From: an uncultured Nitrospiraceae bacterium
GTDB taxonomy: Bacteria; Nitrospirota; Thermodesulfovibrionia; Thermodesulfovibrionales; UBA6898
Assembly (NCBI GenBank): GCA_963811165.1
Contig: CAWEQH010000010.1
Location: 256,001 to 320,000, forward strand
Length of the DNA: 64,000 nucleotides
Direction of reading: 5' to 3'
Position 1 is the first letter of the stretch; each line of letters begins with the position of its first letter. The translations under genes were made by a program, and so were the position numbers. Under the pieces are notes generated by a model. The model saw only the letters and a program-made list of their open reading frames with translations, did not search any database and was not told the DNA's origin. Below, one piece after another: positions 38,650 to 48,545 of this stretch.

Positions 38650-40018
38650 CTATTCTTCCTTTGTAGCATATAACCTTATTCTTACCGGATGACTTCGCCC
38701 TGTACATTGCGGAATCCGCAGCGTCCAGGAGGGACCGCGCATCCACAGCGTTTTGGGGATATGACGCGATTCCGCCGCTCAAAGTTACGCTCGTCCCCCC
38801 GTCCCGTCCCGTCAAAAAAATATTTTTCTCGACGGCAATCCGTGTCCTGTCCGCAAGGTGTATGGCATCCTTTTCGGACGTATTGGGGAGGATCACTATA
38901 AATTCCTCGCCCCCGTATCTTACCACGATGTCGGTCTCGCGGGAAACCTCACGCAGGATCAAGGCCAATTCATGCAACACATCGTCGCCCGCCCGGTGGC
39001 CATAAGTATCATTGAGCTTCTTGAAGTTGTCTATATCGAAAAGGATTACCGAAAAAGCATATGCATATCTGTGCGATCTCGCTATCTCGAGATCCAGCTG
39101 CTTATATAAATATCTCGTGTTATACAGTCCTGTAAGGCCGTCGGTAATGGACAAGCGCTGTGTTTCCTCGAATAGTCTGATCTTGTCGATTATCAGGGAT
39201 ACGTGGTTCCCCAACAAAGATAGCAGGGAAGCAAAATCGTTATCCAATATTTTTTTCCTGCCGCTTCTGCCCGCCAGGAACAGAAACCCGATCGCCTCCA
39301 TGTTCGTCGACAGCGGGACCCCCAGCATGAAGACGATTCCCTCCCGGCGGAGCGTGCCGTTTTTCACCAGAAATGAGGAATCGACAACCGGCAGAATATC
39401 CCCTCTGCCGAGGAGGTCCTCGCAAATCGAATTCATTGAGCCATCCTCTATTGCACGCTGTGATTCGGGAGAGATTCCGCTGGAGCACTTAAGCCGGAAT
39501 ATGTGATCTTCTCTGATAATAAGTATTCCTATGCCGAAATCGGTAGCCAAGAGGATCTTCCTGAGCAGGTTCTCCATAACGAGGTCCATATTTTGTGACG
39601 ATATGAATGTCCCTGATAAGGTATTGATTATCATAAGCTCCTTGTTTCTTCTGATGAGCTCCTGTTCAAGATTTACGAAGTTGGAAATATCCTTCAATAA
39701 GACACGAACAAAGATTGAACCATCCTCTGACTCAAACGGAAGGACAAACACTTCATGATGCTTTCCCTCCCTTAGGATCACTTCAAAATCCTCGTTTCCG
39801 GAGGAAACGGCCTCATTCACTTTCATGGCAAGCGGTCCGAGCGGTCCGATCTCCGCAATATTTTTTCCGAGGAGATTTTTCCGGGTGTCCCCTAAAAACC
39901 TTGCGCAATGGGCGTTCAGATCGTGCACCCTGCCATCGCTCTGTAATATGATTATGGGATCGGGAACGAGATCCAGGCAGAAATACGCAGGGACCGTCTT
40001 TAGCCTCAGATATGCCAT
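38630..40018 (-). CDS. PAS-GAF diguanylate cyclase
   Basis: DGLTGLYN, DIDNFKKLNDTYGH, RETD I-site, RYGGEEF. Confidence 0.92.
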   Translation of the reverse strand: MAYLRLKTVPAYFCLDLVPDPIIILQSDGRVHDLNAHCARFLGDTRKNLLGKNIAEIGPLGPLAMKVNEAVSSGNEDFEVILREGKHHEVFVLPFESEDGSIFVRVLLKDISNFVNLEQELIRRNKELMIINTLSGTFISSQNMDLVMENLLRKILLATDFGIGILIIREDHIFRLKCSSGISPESQRAIEDGSMNSICEDLLGRGDILPVVDSSFLVKNGTLRREGIVFMLGVPLSTNMEAIGFLFLAGRSGRKKILDNDFASLLSLLGNHVSLIIDKIRLFEETQRLSITDGLTGLYNTRYLYKQLDLEIARSHRYAYAFSVILFDIDNFKKLNDTYGHRAGDDVLHELALILREVSRETDIVVRYGGEEFIVILPNTSEKDAIHLADRTRIAVEKNIFLTGRDGGTSVTLSGGIASYPQNAVDARSLLDAADSAMYRAKSSGKNKVICYKGRIDGKDVP

Positions 40019-40144
40019 TATTTCTCATTTTAGATTGTGGAGTTTCTTTTCGCAAGCTCATGATTTGCAGTCATAATAGATTGGGCTATAATGTGCCTAG
40101 GCGAAAAAGACGAGCAATATCTATGCGGGGAAGGAGAGTACGGC

Positions 40145-40459
40145 ATGAATAGGAACATGAAATGGGGTCTTTTGGGCAGCGTGGTCGTCATTTGCGTTCT
40201 CATTTTTATATTTACACAGGGTTCACCCAACGGGGCGGAACTTTTTAGGAGCCAAGGGTGCATCAGTTGCCACAGCTTTAAGGGGAAGGGCGGAGAGCTA
40301 TGCCCTGATCTAACTGGAGTTACCGGTAGAAGAAGCGACAGTTGGATACGTGTACAGATAAAAGACTCCAAAAAACATAATCCGAACTCAAGAATGCCCA
40401 GCTTCGGGCATCTTTCCTACAGGGAGATAAGCGCAATAATCCGTTATTTGAAGTCCTAA
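40145..40459 (+). CDS. Small monoheme cytochrome c
   Basis: N-terminal TM helix, CISCH, PDLT, distal Met in RMP. Confidence 0.85.
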   Translation: MNRNMKWGLLGSVVVICVLIFIFTQGSPNGAELFRSQGCISCHSFKGKGGELCPDLTGVTGRRSDSWIRVQIKDSKKHNPNSRMPSFGHLSYREISAIIRYLKS

Positions 40460-40624
40460 GTTAGCTTCTTCGGGCAAAAAATTATGATTATGCATTTAAG
40501 TATGCTCTTAATTGGACATAACTCATGGTTACCGAAGGTAACAAGTTATGGCAAATTCTGACACTATTTTTTTTTATAGCTCGTGGGATTCCGTGTCGAG
40601 ACGCCATACGAACGATTGCGATAA

Positions 40625-40640
40625 TGGCATTGTTTATGCT
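40625..40640 (+). promoter_or_regulatory. Putative sigma54 (-24/-12) promoter of the hyb operon
   Basis: TGGCATTGTTTATGCT has GG-N10-GC spacing and lies ~105 bp upstream of hybO. Confidence 0.55.
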
Positions 40641-40746
40641 GATTTTTTGCAAACAAATTGTTTACTAATTAATGCTAAAAAAATTGTTGCTTTTCGACAT
40701 CTTATGAACTAAGCTTTAAAAATAAAAACCATTGAGGGGGTGTTTT

Positions 40747-41913
40747 ATGAAAGATTTCTTGGATGGTCTTCCTGCAGAGCCTGGAGAATCCCTTGAGAGG
40801 CTCGCAAGAAGTGGTCTGTCGCGCAGAGATTTTCTTAAGTTCTGTACGGGCGTGGCGGTTATGCTGGGATTGCCCATAGGCATGGGCTCCAAAATCGCTG
40901 AGGCTGTAATGAGCGCCAAAAGGCCTCCTGTGCTTTGGCTGTCTGCCCAGGAGTGCACGGGCTGTACCGAGAGCCTCTTAAGAACAAATCATCCTACTCT
41001 TGACAAGTTGATCCTTGAGCTTATCTCTCTTGATTATCATGAAACCCTTGAGGCCGGGGCAGGGCATCAGGCCGAGGCCGCCCGGGTAAAGTCTATGCAG
41101 GAGAATAAGGGAAAATATATATTGGTGGTAGACGGCTCCATCCCTGTTAAGGACGGCGGAATATACTGCAAGATAGGCGGTAAAACCGCTCTTTCACTCT
41201 TAGAAGAAATGGGGTCCCAGGCAGCGGCAGTCATAGCCATCGGTTCCTGTGCCTCCTGGGGCGGCGTGCCTTCTGCAGATCCGAATCCGACCGGCGCTAC
41301 CCCGGTTCATGAAATCTTCAAGAGCAAGGGCATAAAAACACCTGTAGTAAATATTCCGGGATGTCCTCCGAACGGATATAATTTCCTGTCCACGGTACTG
41401 TACTTTGTGACGTTCAAAAAGCTTCCTGAGCTTGATGATCTAGGTCGTCCCAAATTTGCTTATGGCAGACTTATTCACGACAATTGCGAACGAAGGCCGC
41501 ATTTCGATGCGGGCAGATTTGCAAAAGAATTCGGCGATGAGGGCCACAGAAAAGGATATTGCCTTTACAAGCTCGGATGCAAAGGCCCTGAGACATATAA
41601 CAACTGCCCGACACTGCTCTTCAACGACGTCGGGGCCGGGGCATGGCCGGTAGGCACAGGACATCCTTGCTTCGGATGTTCAGAAAAAGGCGTCGGCTTC
41701 TCGGCAGCTCTATTCAGCCCGGCAAAGCTTAAAGACACAACGCCTTTTATAGGCTTCCCCGGTATAGCTGAGGATAAAGGCAAAGGTGCGACAATTGCTG
41801 GCGTTGCAGTGGTTGCAGGTCTTGCAGGGGCAGCGATAGGCGCTGGGGTTTCGACGGCAAAAAAACTCGACAAAGCGGATAAAGATAAGACCGGACCAAA
41901 GTCTAAGGAGTAG
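40747..41913 (+). CDS. hybO: [NiFe]-hydrogenase small subunit, Hyb type
   Basis: Tat signal SRRDFLK, AQECTGCTES, IGSCASWGG, PGCPP, HDNCER, CLYKLGCKGP; C-terminal anchor. Confidence 0.93.
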   Translation: MKDFLDGLPAEPGESLERLARSGLSRRDFLKFCTGVAVMLGLPIGMGSKIAEAVMSAKRPPVLWLSAQECTGCTESLLRTNHPTLDKLILELISLDYHETLEAGAGHQAEAARVKSMQENKGKYILVVDGSIPVKDGGIYCKIGGKTALSLLEEMGSQAAAVIAIGSCASWGGVPSADPNPTGATPVHEIFKSKGIKTPVVNIPGCPPNGYNFLSTVLYFVTFKKLPELDDLGRPKFAYGRLIHDNCERRPHFDAGRFAKEFGDEGHRKGYCLYKLGCKGPETYNNCPTLLFNDVGAGAWPVGTGHPCFGCSEKGVGFSAALFSPAKLKDTTPFIGFPGIAEDKGKGATIAGVAVVAGLAGAAIGAGVSTAKKLDKADKDKTGPKSKE

Positions 41914-41916
41914 GCC

Positions 41917-42882
41917 ATGGATATAAAAAGAAGAGATTTCTTGAAGATAGTTGGAGGCGGGGGTCTGCTCCTGGCGTCAAATATTGCGCCGGCGCTGGCG
42001 ATTTCAAGGCCTCCTAAGAGCATGCCTCCGGAAGCGGTCGGGATGTTTTACGATTCGACTATCTGCATAGGTTGTAAGGCCTGCCAGCACGCCTGTAAGC
42101 AGTTCAATGAAATGCCGGCAGAACATACCATCAGACCTCCGGATATGATGGATGAACTTTGGGACAACCCGGCAGACCTTTCGGGAAAGACACTGGAGAT
42201 CATTAAGGCTGTTAAGACAGGCCCGGGAGAGGAGAAGAACATAGACTTTGCATTTGTAAAGAGGAATTGCATGCATTGTGTTGATCCCGCATGCGTTTCG
42301 GCATGTCCGGTGTCGGCATTAAGGAAAGATCCCAAAACGGGTGTCGTGACTTACAATAAGAAGGCATGCATAGGCTGTCGTTACTGCCAGATGGCATGCC
42401 CGTTCAATATCCCTAAGACAGAGTGGGACAAGGCATTTCCTCAGATACGAAAGTGCGAGTTCTGCAACCATAGGTTTGCCGAGGGCAAATACTCGGCATG
42501 CTGTGAGTTCTGTCCTACAGGGGCTTCTATCTTCGGTCCCGCAAAGGACCTCCTCGCGGAAGCCAGGAAAAGGTTGACCCTCAGGCCCGGCGATTATTAC
42601 AACTATCCTCTGCAGACGGTTAACTCTAAGGACAAGATGCGACAGAAGGTAGCCCCGTACGTTAATCACGTTTACGGAGCAACCGAGGCCGGAGGCACGC
42701 AATTCATCATGCTGTCGGCTCTACCCTTTGACAGTCTCGGCATGCCCCCTCTGTCGGACAAACCTGATGCGGCATTTTCCGAAGGAATACAGCATACGCT
42801 TTATAAGGGGATGATTTTGCCCGCTGCAGTACTTGCCGGTCTCATGTTTGCGGCATACAAGAACACCAAGAAAGATGAATAA
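41917..42882 (+). CDS. hybA: Hydrogenase-2 4Fe-4S ferredoxin subunit
   Basis: Tat signal KRRDFLK, CIGCKAC, CMHCVDPACVSACP, CIGCRYCQMACP, KCEFC; C-terminal TM helix. Confidence 0.92.
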   Translation: MDIKRRDFLKIVGGGGLLLASNIAPALAISRPPKSMPPEAVGMFYDSTICIGCKACQHACKQFNEMPAEHTIRPPDMMDELWDNPADLSGKTLEIIKAVKTGPGEEKNIDFAFVKRNCMHCVDPACVSACPVSALRKDPKTGVVTYNKKACIGCRYCQMACPFNIPKTEWDKAFPQIRKCEFCNHRFAEGKYSACCEFCPTGASIFGPAKDLLAEARKRLTLRPGDYYNYPLQTVNSKDKMRQKVAPYVNHVYGATEAGGTQFIMLSALPFDSLGMPPLSDKPDAAFSEGIQHTLYKGMILPAAVLAGLMFAAYKNTKKDE

Positions 42883-42912
42883 AATCATGCAACCTATAAG
42901 GGAGAAAAGATT

Positions 42913-44049
42913 ATGAGCGAACCCAAACCGATAGGAGGAAAAATAATCACAGCGCCGTTTCTTTTCTTTTCTGCGCTGGCGGCGATCGCCGTGATATTGA
43001 TTATCAAGCGTTTCATCTTCGGACTCGGCAACGTGACAAACCTGAACGACGGCTATCCCTGGGGAATCTGGATAGCCTATGATGTCGTAGTAGGAACGGC
43101 CTTTGCCTGCGGCGGATACGCAATCGCGCTTCTTGTATATATTTTTAACAAGGGGGAGTTTCACCCGTTCGTCAGGTCGGCCCTGCTGGCCAGCGCCTTC
43201 GGCTATACACTCGCCGGCGTGTCGATCTTCTTTGACGTAGGACGTTACTGGCAGGCGTATAACCTGTTTCTTCCTTGGTATTCGCAATTGAATTCGGTGA
43301 TGTTTGAGGTTGCCTTCTGCATCTCGCTGTACATCTTTGTATTATGGATAGAGTTTTCACCTTCGTTTATGGAGTGGATGAGCAAGAAGGGACTTGTCAA
43401 GACAATGAATAGGCTGATGTTTGTCTTCATTGCCATAGGAGTACTCCTCCCTACCATGCACCAGTCCTCACTGGGAACTCTTATGGTCGTAACCGGGCGT
43501 AAATTGCATCCTTTATGGCAGACGCAGATGATCCCGCTGCTTGCGTTGATTTCTGCCATAACGATGGGATACTCGATCGTTATCTTTGAAGCCATCGTCT
43601 CGTCGGTTTCTCTAAAAAGAGAGATAGAGGTGCCCCTGCTGTCCAAGCTTTCGGCACTGATCCCCTGGCTTATCGGGGCCTATCTTGTGGTGCGGTTCGG
43701 CGATCTTTTGTACAGAGGCCAACTGGGATTAGCCTTCACCAGCGGGTTTAAAGGCATAATGTTCATTATCGAAAATGTTCTTTACATAGTTCCATTGGTT
43801 ATCCTGTCATCCGCAAGCAGCAGGATGAGGCCAAAGATGCTGTTCGTTTCTGCCGTCATTATGCTTCTGGCGGGAGCGGTTTACCGTTTCGATACATTCC
43901 TTATAGGGTTCGACCCTGGCCCGGGCTGGCACTATTTCCCCTCGGCACAGGAAACGCTTATAACAGTGGGGCTGATATCTATGGAGATTGCCGGTTATAT
44001 GGTTATCGTTAAGAAACTACCTGTGCTGCCCGATTTGCGGCATGCATAA
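42913..44049 (+). CDS. hybB: Hydrogenase-2 integral membrane subunit (NrfD family)
   Basis: GLGNVTNLNDGYPWGIWI, DVGRYW, LPTMHQSSLG. Confidence 0.92.
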   Translation: MSEPKPIGGKIITAPFLFFSALAAIAVILIIKRFIFGLGNVTNLNDGYPWGIWIAYDVVVGTAFACGGYAIALLVYIFNKGEFHPFVRSALLASAFGYTLAGVSIFFDVGRYWQAYNLFLPWYSQLNSVMFEVAFCISLYIFVLWIEFSPSFMEWMSKKGLVKTMNRLMFVFIAIGVLLPTMHQSSLGTLMVVTGRKLHPLWQTQMIPLLALISAITMGYSIVIFEAIVSSVSLKREIEVPLLSKLSALIPWLIGAYLVVRFGDLLYRGQLGLAFTSGFKGIMFIIENVLYIVPLVILSSASSRMRPKMLFVSAVIMLLAGAVYRFDTFLIGFDPGPGWHYFPSAQETLITVGLISMEIAGYMVIVKKLPVLPDLRHA

Positions 44050-44067
44050 GATACTTTAGGAGGAGAT

Positions 44068-45768
44068 ATGGCAAAAAGAATAGTTGTTGATCCCGTAACA
44101 AGAATAGAGGGACATCTGAGGATTGACTGCGAAGTTGATGGCGGCAAAGTCACAAACGCCTGGTCTTCCGGGCAGATGTGGCGAGGGATAGAGGTTATCC
44201 TCAAGGGTCGCGATCCGCGCGATGCGTGGCTATACACCCAGCGCTTCTGCGGCGTCTGAACGACGGTCCACGCACTGGCTTCAGTGCGTTCGGTAGAAAA
44301 CGCCCTGGGGATGGAGGTCCCCGTGAACGCCCAATATATAAGGAACATGATGATGGGCGCTCACGCAACACATGACCATATCGTCCATTTTTATCATCTT
44401 GCCGCGCTCGATTGGGTGGATATCGTCTCGGCCCTCAAGGCCGATGCAAGAGCGGTTTCGAACCTGGGCCAGAAGCTTTCTCCATGGACGGGGAACAGCT
44501 ATAGCGAGGTAAAGGCATCTCAAGACAGGCTGAAGACTTTTGTGGGTTCAGGCCAGCTCGGTGTGTATGGAAGCGGCTACTGGGGCCATCCGGCCATGAA
44601 GCTTTCGCCCGAAGTGAACATGCTTGCGGCCCATCATTATCTTCAGGCGCTTGAGTACCAGAGGGAGATTAATAAAGTCGTCGCAATTCTCGGTTCCAAG
44701 ACCCCTCATATACAGAACGTGGCCGTGGGGGGAGTTTCCAATGCCATCAACCTAGACAGTCCTTCGACTCTTAATATGGAAAGACTGTATTATATCAAGA
44801 CGCTCATCGACAAGGTCGGAGACTTCGTTGAAAATGTTCTTCTCGTCGACACAGCTGCGGTCGCGGCATTCTACGCGGAGTGGACGAAGTATGGTGCGGG
44901 TGTGACAAATTACCTTTCAGTTCCGGATATGCCGATGGATACGAAGGGGACGACCTTTGCGCTTCCCGGCGGTTACATTCCGAACGGAGACATAGGAAAG
45001 TTCCAGGCGATCAAGAGTTATCAGGACCCTTTCTTCAGGGATAGCGTCAAAGAGAGCATCAAGCATTCCTGGTACGACGGCGACTGGGACCGCCACCCGT
45101 TTGAAGAAGATACTGTCCCAAAATATACCGACTTTCAGGACAAGGGAAAGTATTCATGGGTCAAGTCGCCGACCTTCAAGGGGAAACCTGCACAGGTGGG
45201 GCCGCTGGCGAATGTCCTTTGTATGTTTGCGGCAGGTCACGAGCCTACAAAGAAATACGCGACGAAGATGCTCGATACAATAAGTGCAGTAGCAGGTACT
45301 AAAGTCGGATTGGCGGCACTGCATTCGACTATTGGGAGAATCGGTGCAAGGTCGATCAGGTGCGCGGTCCTCTTCGATACCTTAAAATCGCAGTGGCAGG
45401 CGCTTGTAGAGAATATCTCGAAGGGAGATGTCAAGACCTTCAACCATCCGACTTTCCCGGCCGGGGAACAGAGGGGCTATGGCTTTCATGAGGCCCCAAG
45501 GGGCGCGCTCTCCCATTGGATCGTGATCAAGGACGGCGTAATAAAGAATTATCAGGCCGTTGTCCCGTCGACCTGGAATGCAGGTCCCAGAAATAGCGAA
45601 GAGGCACTCGGGCCGTACGAGGCTTCCCTTATCGGAAACCCGGTGATAGATGCCGAAAAACCTCTCGAGGTTCTGCGGACGGTGCATTCTTTTGACCCCT
45701 GTCTTGCCTGCGCGATCCATATGGTAGATAAGACCAACAATGAAATCGTGAAGGTTAAGGCGGTATGA
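44068..45768 (+). CDS. hybC: [NiFe]-hydrogenase large subunit, Hyb type; in-frame TGA at codon 64 read as selenocysteine (566 aa)
   Basis: ORFs 44068-44259 and 44284-45768 are in the same frame. [47 protein letters not shown] plus a 15-aa cleavable tail. Confidence 0.9.
44270..44289 (+). promoter_or_regulatory. Putative bacterial SECIS element of hybC
   Basis: Perfect 8-bp stem ACGCACTG / CAGTGCGT with loop GCTT (G first); the loop starts 18 nt after the UGA. Confidence 0.75.
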
Positions 45769-45775
45769 AGACGGC

Positions 45776-46297
45776 ATGAACGTTCTTGTGCTGGGAATAG
45801 GCAACGTCCTCATGATGGACGACAGCGTGGGTGTGCGCGCAATCGATGAGCTTGAGAGAAGATACCATTTTCCCGATGAGGTGGAACTTCTGGACGGCGG
45901 GACATCCGGTATCGAACTTCTTTCATATTTCGGCGACCGAGATTATTTGATTATCATCGATGCACTGAAATCCGGGTCCGCTCCGGGGACGGTTGTGAGG
46001 GTGGAAGGGGATGATGTCCCCGCCAGATTTATGACGAGGATATCGCCCCACCAACTCGGCTTGTCCGACGTACTTGCTGCGGCCACAATTTCCGGCCGGC
46101 TCCCGGAAAATTTGGTGCTCTTCGGGGTCGAGCCAAAAACAGTAGAACTCGGCCTAGGACTTTCCAGTGAGGTTCGGGCAGCCCTCGACAAAGTCGTTGG
46201 GGTAGTAATAGAAGAACTCAGACGTATCGGCTATGCAGGAGAGCCGCTTGAGACCGTATCGTCCGGGAAGACACTATGGGAGAAGGTGCAGGGGTAA
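45776..46297 (+). CDS. hybD: Hydrogenase maturation protease
   Basis: VLGIGNVLMMDDSVG, LDGGTSG, IIIDA, SPHQ. Confidence 0.93.
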   Translation: MNVLVLGIGNVLMMDDSVGVRAIDELERRYHFPDEVELLDGGTSGIELLSYFGDRDYLIIIDALKSGSAPGTVVRVEGDDVPARFMTRISPHQLGLSDVLAAATISGRLPENLVLFGVEPKTVELGLGLSSEVRAALDKVVGVVIEELRRIGYAGEPLETVSSGKTLWEKVQG

Positions 46298-46507
46298 CAG
46301 GGATACTCTTATCCTGATACTCTTTCCGCATAAGCGGGTCGAAAGTGTCGTAGCTGCTTAGTATACGCAGTCTTTCAATGCCATTCCTTTCGGTCAGGGA
46401 CTTTTTCCCCGGGATCCCGATTGAATATTATCATTGCTTCTTCGGTTGAAGGATGTCATACGTCATCATCGCGTGATTTTTCCCTCTTAATAGAGATATA
46501 ATAAAAC

Positions 46508-47194
46508 ATGAGAGTTTTGTTGGTTGAAGACGAGCAGAATGTGGCTTCTTTTCTTAAGAAAGGGCTCGAAGAGGAGTTTTATACCGTCGATGTTGCCGAG
46601 GATGGCGGAAATGGTTTGGCCATGGCAACATCCAAGGAATATGATTGTATCATACTGGATGTCATGTTGCCGGAGATCAGCGGTATCGAGATATGCAAGA
46701 AGTTGAGAAGCACAAACGTGAAAACCCCGATACTGATGCTTACGGCCCTCGATTCCGTGGGCAGTAAGGTCGAAGGTCTCGAAAGCGGGGCCGACGACTA
46801 TCTTACAAAGCCCTTCGCCTTTTCCGAGCTTCTTGCGAGGATAAAGGCCTTGCTCAGGAGGGCTCCGGATTCTGTAAGTGAGCTGACGATGAACGATCTT
46901 CGCATGGATCTGCTGTCAAGAAGAGTTTTCAGGGGGGACCAGGAGATCATCCTCACCCAGAAGGGTTTTGCCATTCTCGAGTATTTCTTAAGAAACAAGG
47001 GGAGGGTGTTGTCGAGAACACAGATTATCGAGAACATCTGGGGATATAATTTCGATCCCAACACCAATGTGGTAGACGTACATATAAAGTTTCTGAGAGA
47101 AAAAATAGACAAGGGATTCCAGAAAAAATTGATTCATACAGTGAGGGGATCGGGTTACGTACTGAAGGCCGAAGATGATGGTCAAGACCTTTAG
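46508..47194 (+). CDS. OmpR/CusR family response regulator
   Basis: LLVEDE, ILDVMLP, GADDYLTKPF, TNVVDVHI, HTVRGSGY. Confidence 0.93.
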   Translation: MRVLLVEDEQNVASFLKKGLEEEFYTVDVAEDGGNGLAMATSKEYDCIILDVMLPEISGIEICKKLRSTNVKTPILMLTALDSVGSKVEGLESGADDYLTKPFAFSELLARIKALLRRAPDSVSELTMNDLRMDLLSRRVFRGDQEIILTQKGFAILEYFLRNKGRVLSRTQIIENIWGYNFDPNTNVVDVHIKFLREKIDKGFQKKLIHTVRGSGYVLKAEDDGQDL

Positions 47195-48545
47195 GTTAAG
47201 GCTGACCATAATCTACACATTGGTCGTTGTGGGAATTCTTTCGGCGTTTGCGACTGCGATTTATTTTCAGTACAGGCGTAGCCTCTCGGAAAAGATCGAT
47301 AGTTACCTTCTTAAGGAAGCAAACGAGGAAATCCTCGTCGAGAGCAACCCTAAACTCCCGCCCAGGAATCGGCAGGTCATAAAGAGATTCGGCGACGAGT
47401 TTTTTGAAATCATAGATAATAAAGGGCAGGTGCTCATTACGTCCCTCGCCGCGGAGGGCGAGCGCTGGCCGCTCGACAGTGAGACGATGATGAGTGCATT
47501 CAAGGGGTCTCCACAGTTCAGTACCATTAACTTCAGAGGTTTGAATTACAGGGTCCTTTACTTTCCCATCAACGGAGAAAAGATATTGAGAATAGTCCTT
47601 TCTCTGGGAGAGATCGAGGGGAGCATCAAAGGACTCAGGAACCTTTTTTTCTTCTCTCTGCCGTTTGTTATTTCGTTATCCTTTGCCGCCAGCTGGTTCC
47701 TCTCCGGTAAGGCTCTGGCACCCATTGTAAAAATCGGGTCGCTGGCGAGTCAGGTGAGGGAGGGAAGGTTGGGCAAGCGGATAGAAATGGAAACAAAAGG
47801 GAAAGAAATCCAGGACCTCGTGATCATGTTCAACGAAATGCTCGACGGCATCCAATGCTCCGTCGAGGCGCAAAAGCGCTTTACTGCGGCAGTATCTCAT
47901 GAGGTGAGGTCGCCTCTCACCTCGTTGAGGGGAAATATAGAGGTTGCACTGAGAAAGAAAAGGACCCCGGAGGAGTATGAGGACCTCTTAAAGACGAATC
48001 TCTCCGATATTATAAGACTGTCAAGGATTACCGACAACCTCCTTTTTTTTACAAAGGCTGACAATAATATCATCGAGGTGAGGAAGCAGTGGTTTGAGGT
48101 TGCACATCTCTTCCAAAATTTAGTTGAGCGCCTCAGATACAGGGCCTCATCCGCCGGCATTACAATCTTGGAGTCATATCAGGAGGGTCTCGAGATGTGG
48201 GGCGACATCGACCTTCTCGAACAGGCATTTTCGAATATCATAGAGAACGCAATTAATTATACCCCCCCCGGTGGGACGATAACGGTGTCTTCGAAAAAAG
48301 AAGACGTTCGGATTATGATTTCGATCAGCGATTCAGGTATCGGCATTCCGGAAGATGAAATCCCCCATTTATTCGAAAGGTTCTATCGGGTCAATAAGGA
48401 ACGTTCGAGAAAGTCAGGTGGAACGGGGCTCGGGCTCTCGATAACAGAGTGGGTCGTAATCGCCCATGGAGGGAAAATTGGGGTAAGTAGTGCGCTGGGT
48501 TCAGGAAGCGAGTTCATTATCTCATTCCCGGTCCCTCAGGATTAG
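47175..48545 (+). CDS. HAMP sensor histidine kinase (CusS-like)
   Basis: Two TM helices, VSHEVRSPL, NAINY, DSGIGI, GGTGLGL. Confidence 0.92.
   Translation: MMVKTFRLRLTIIYTLVVVGILSAFATAIYFQYRRSLSEKIDSYLLKEANEEILVESNPKLPPRNRQVIKRFGDEFFEIIDNKGQVLITSLAAEGERWPLDSETMMSAFKGSPQFSTINFRGLNYRVLYFPINGEKILRIVLSLGEIEGSIKGLRNLFFFSLPFVISLSFAASWFLSGKALAPIVKIGSLASQVREGRLGKRIEMETKGKEIQDLVIMFNEMLDGIQCSVEAQKRFTAAVSHEVRSPLTSLRGNIEVALRKKRTPEEYEDLLKTNLSDIIRLSRITDNLLFFTKADNNIIEVRKQWFEVAHLFQNLVERLRYRASSAGITILESYQEGLEMWGDIDLLEQAFSNIIENAINYTPPGGTITVSSKKEDVRIMISISDSGIGIPEDEIPHLFERFYRVNKERSRKSGGTGLGLSITEWVVIAHGGKIGVSSALGSGSEFIISFPVPQD

Noticed and set aside
44257..44259. hybC as a nonsense pseudogene or as two separate genes
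   Set aside because: The stop is TGA, sits exactly on a metal-ligand Cys, is followed by a SECIS-like hairpin, the operon is otherwise intact, and a second UGA-at-Cys gene is present in the window.
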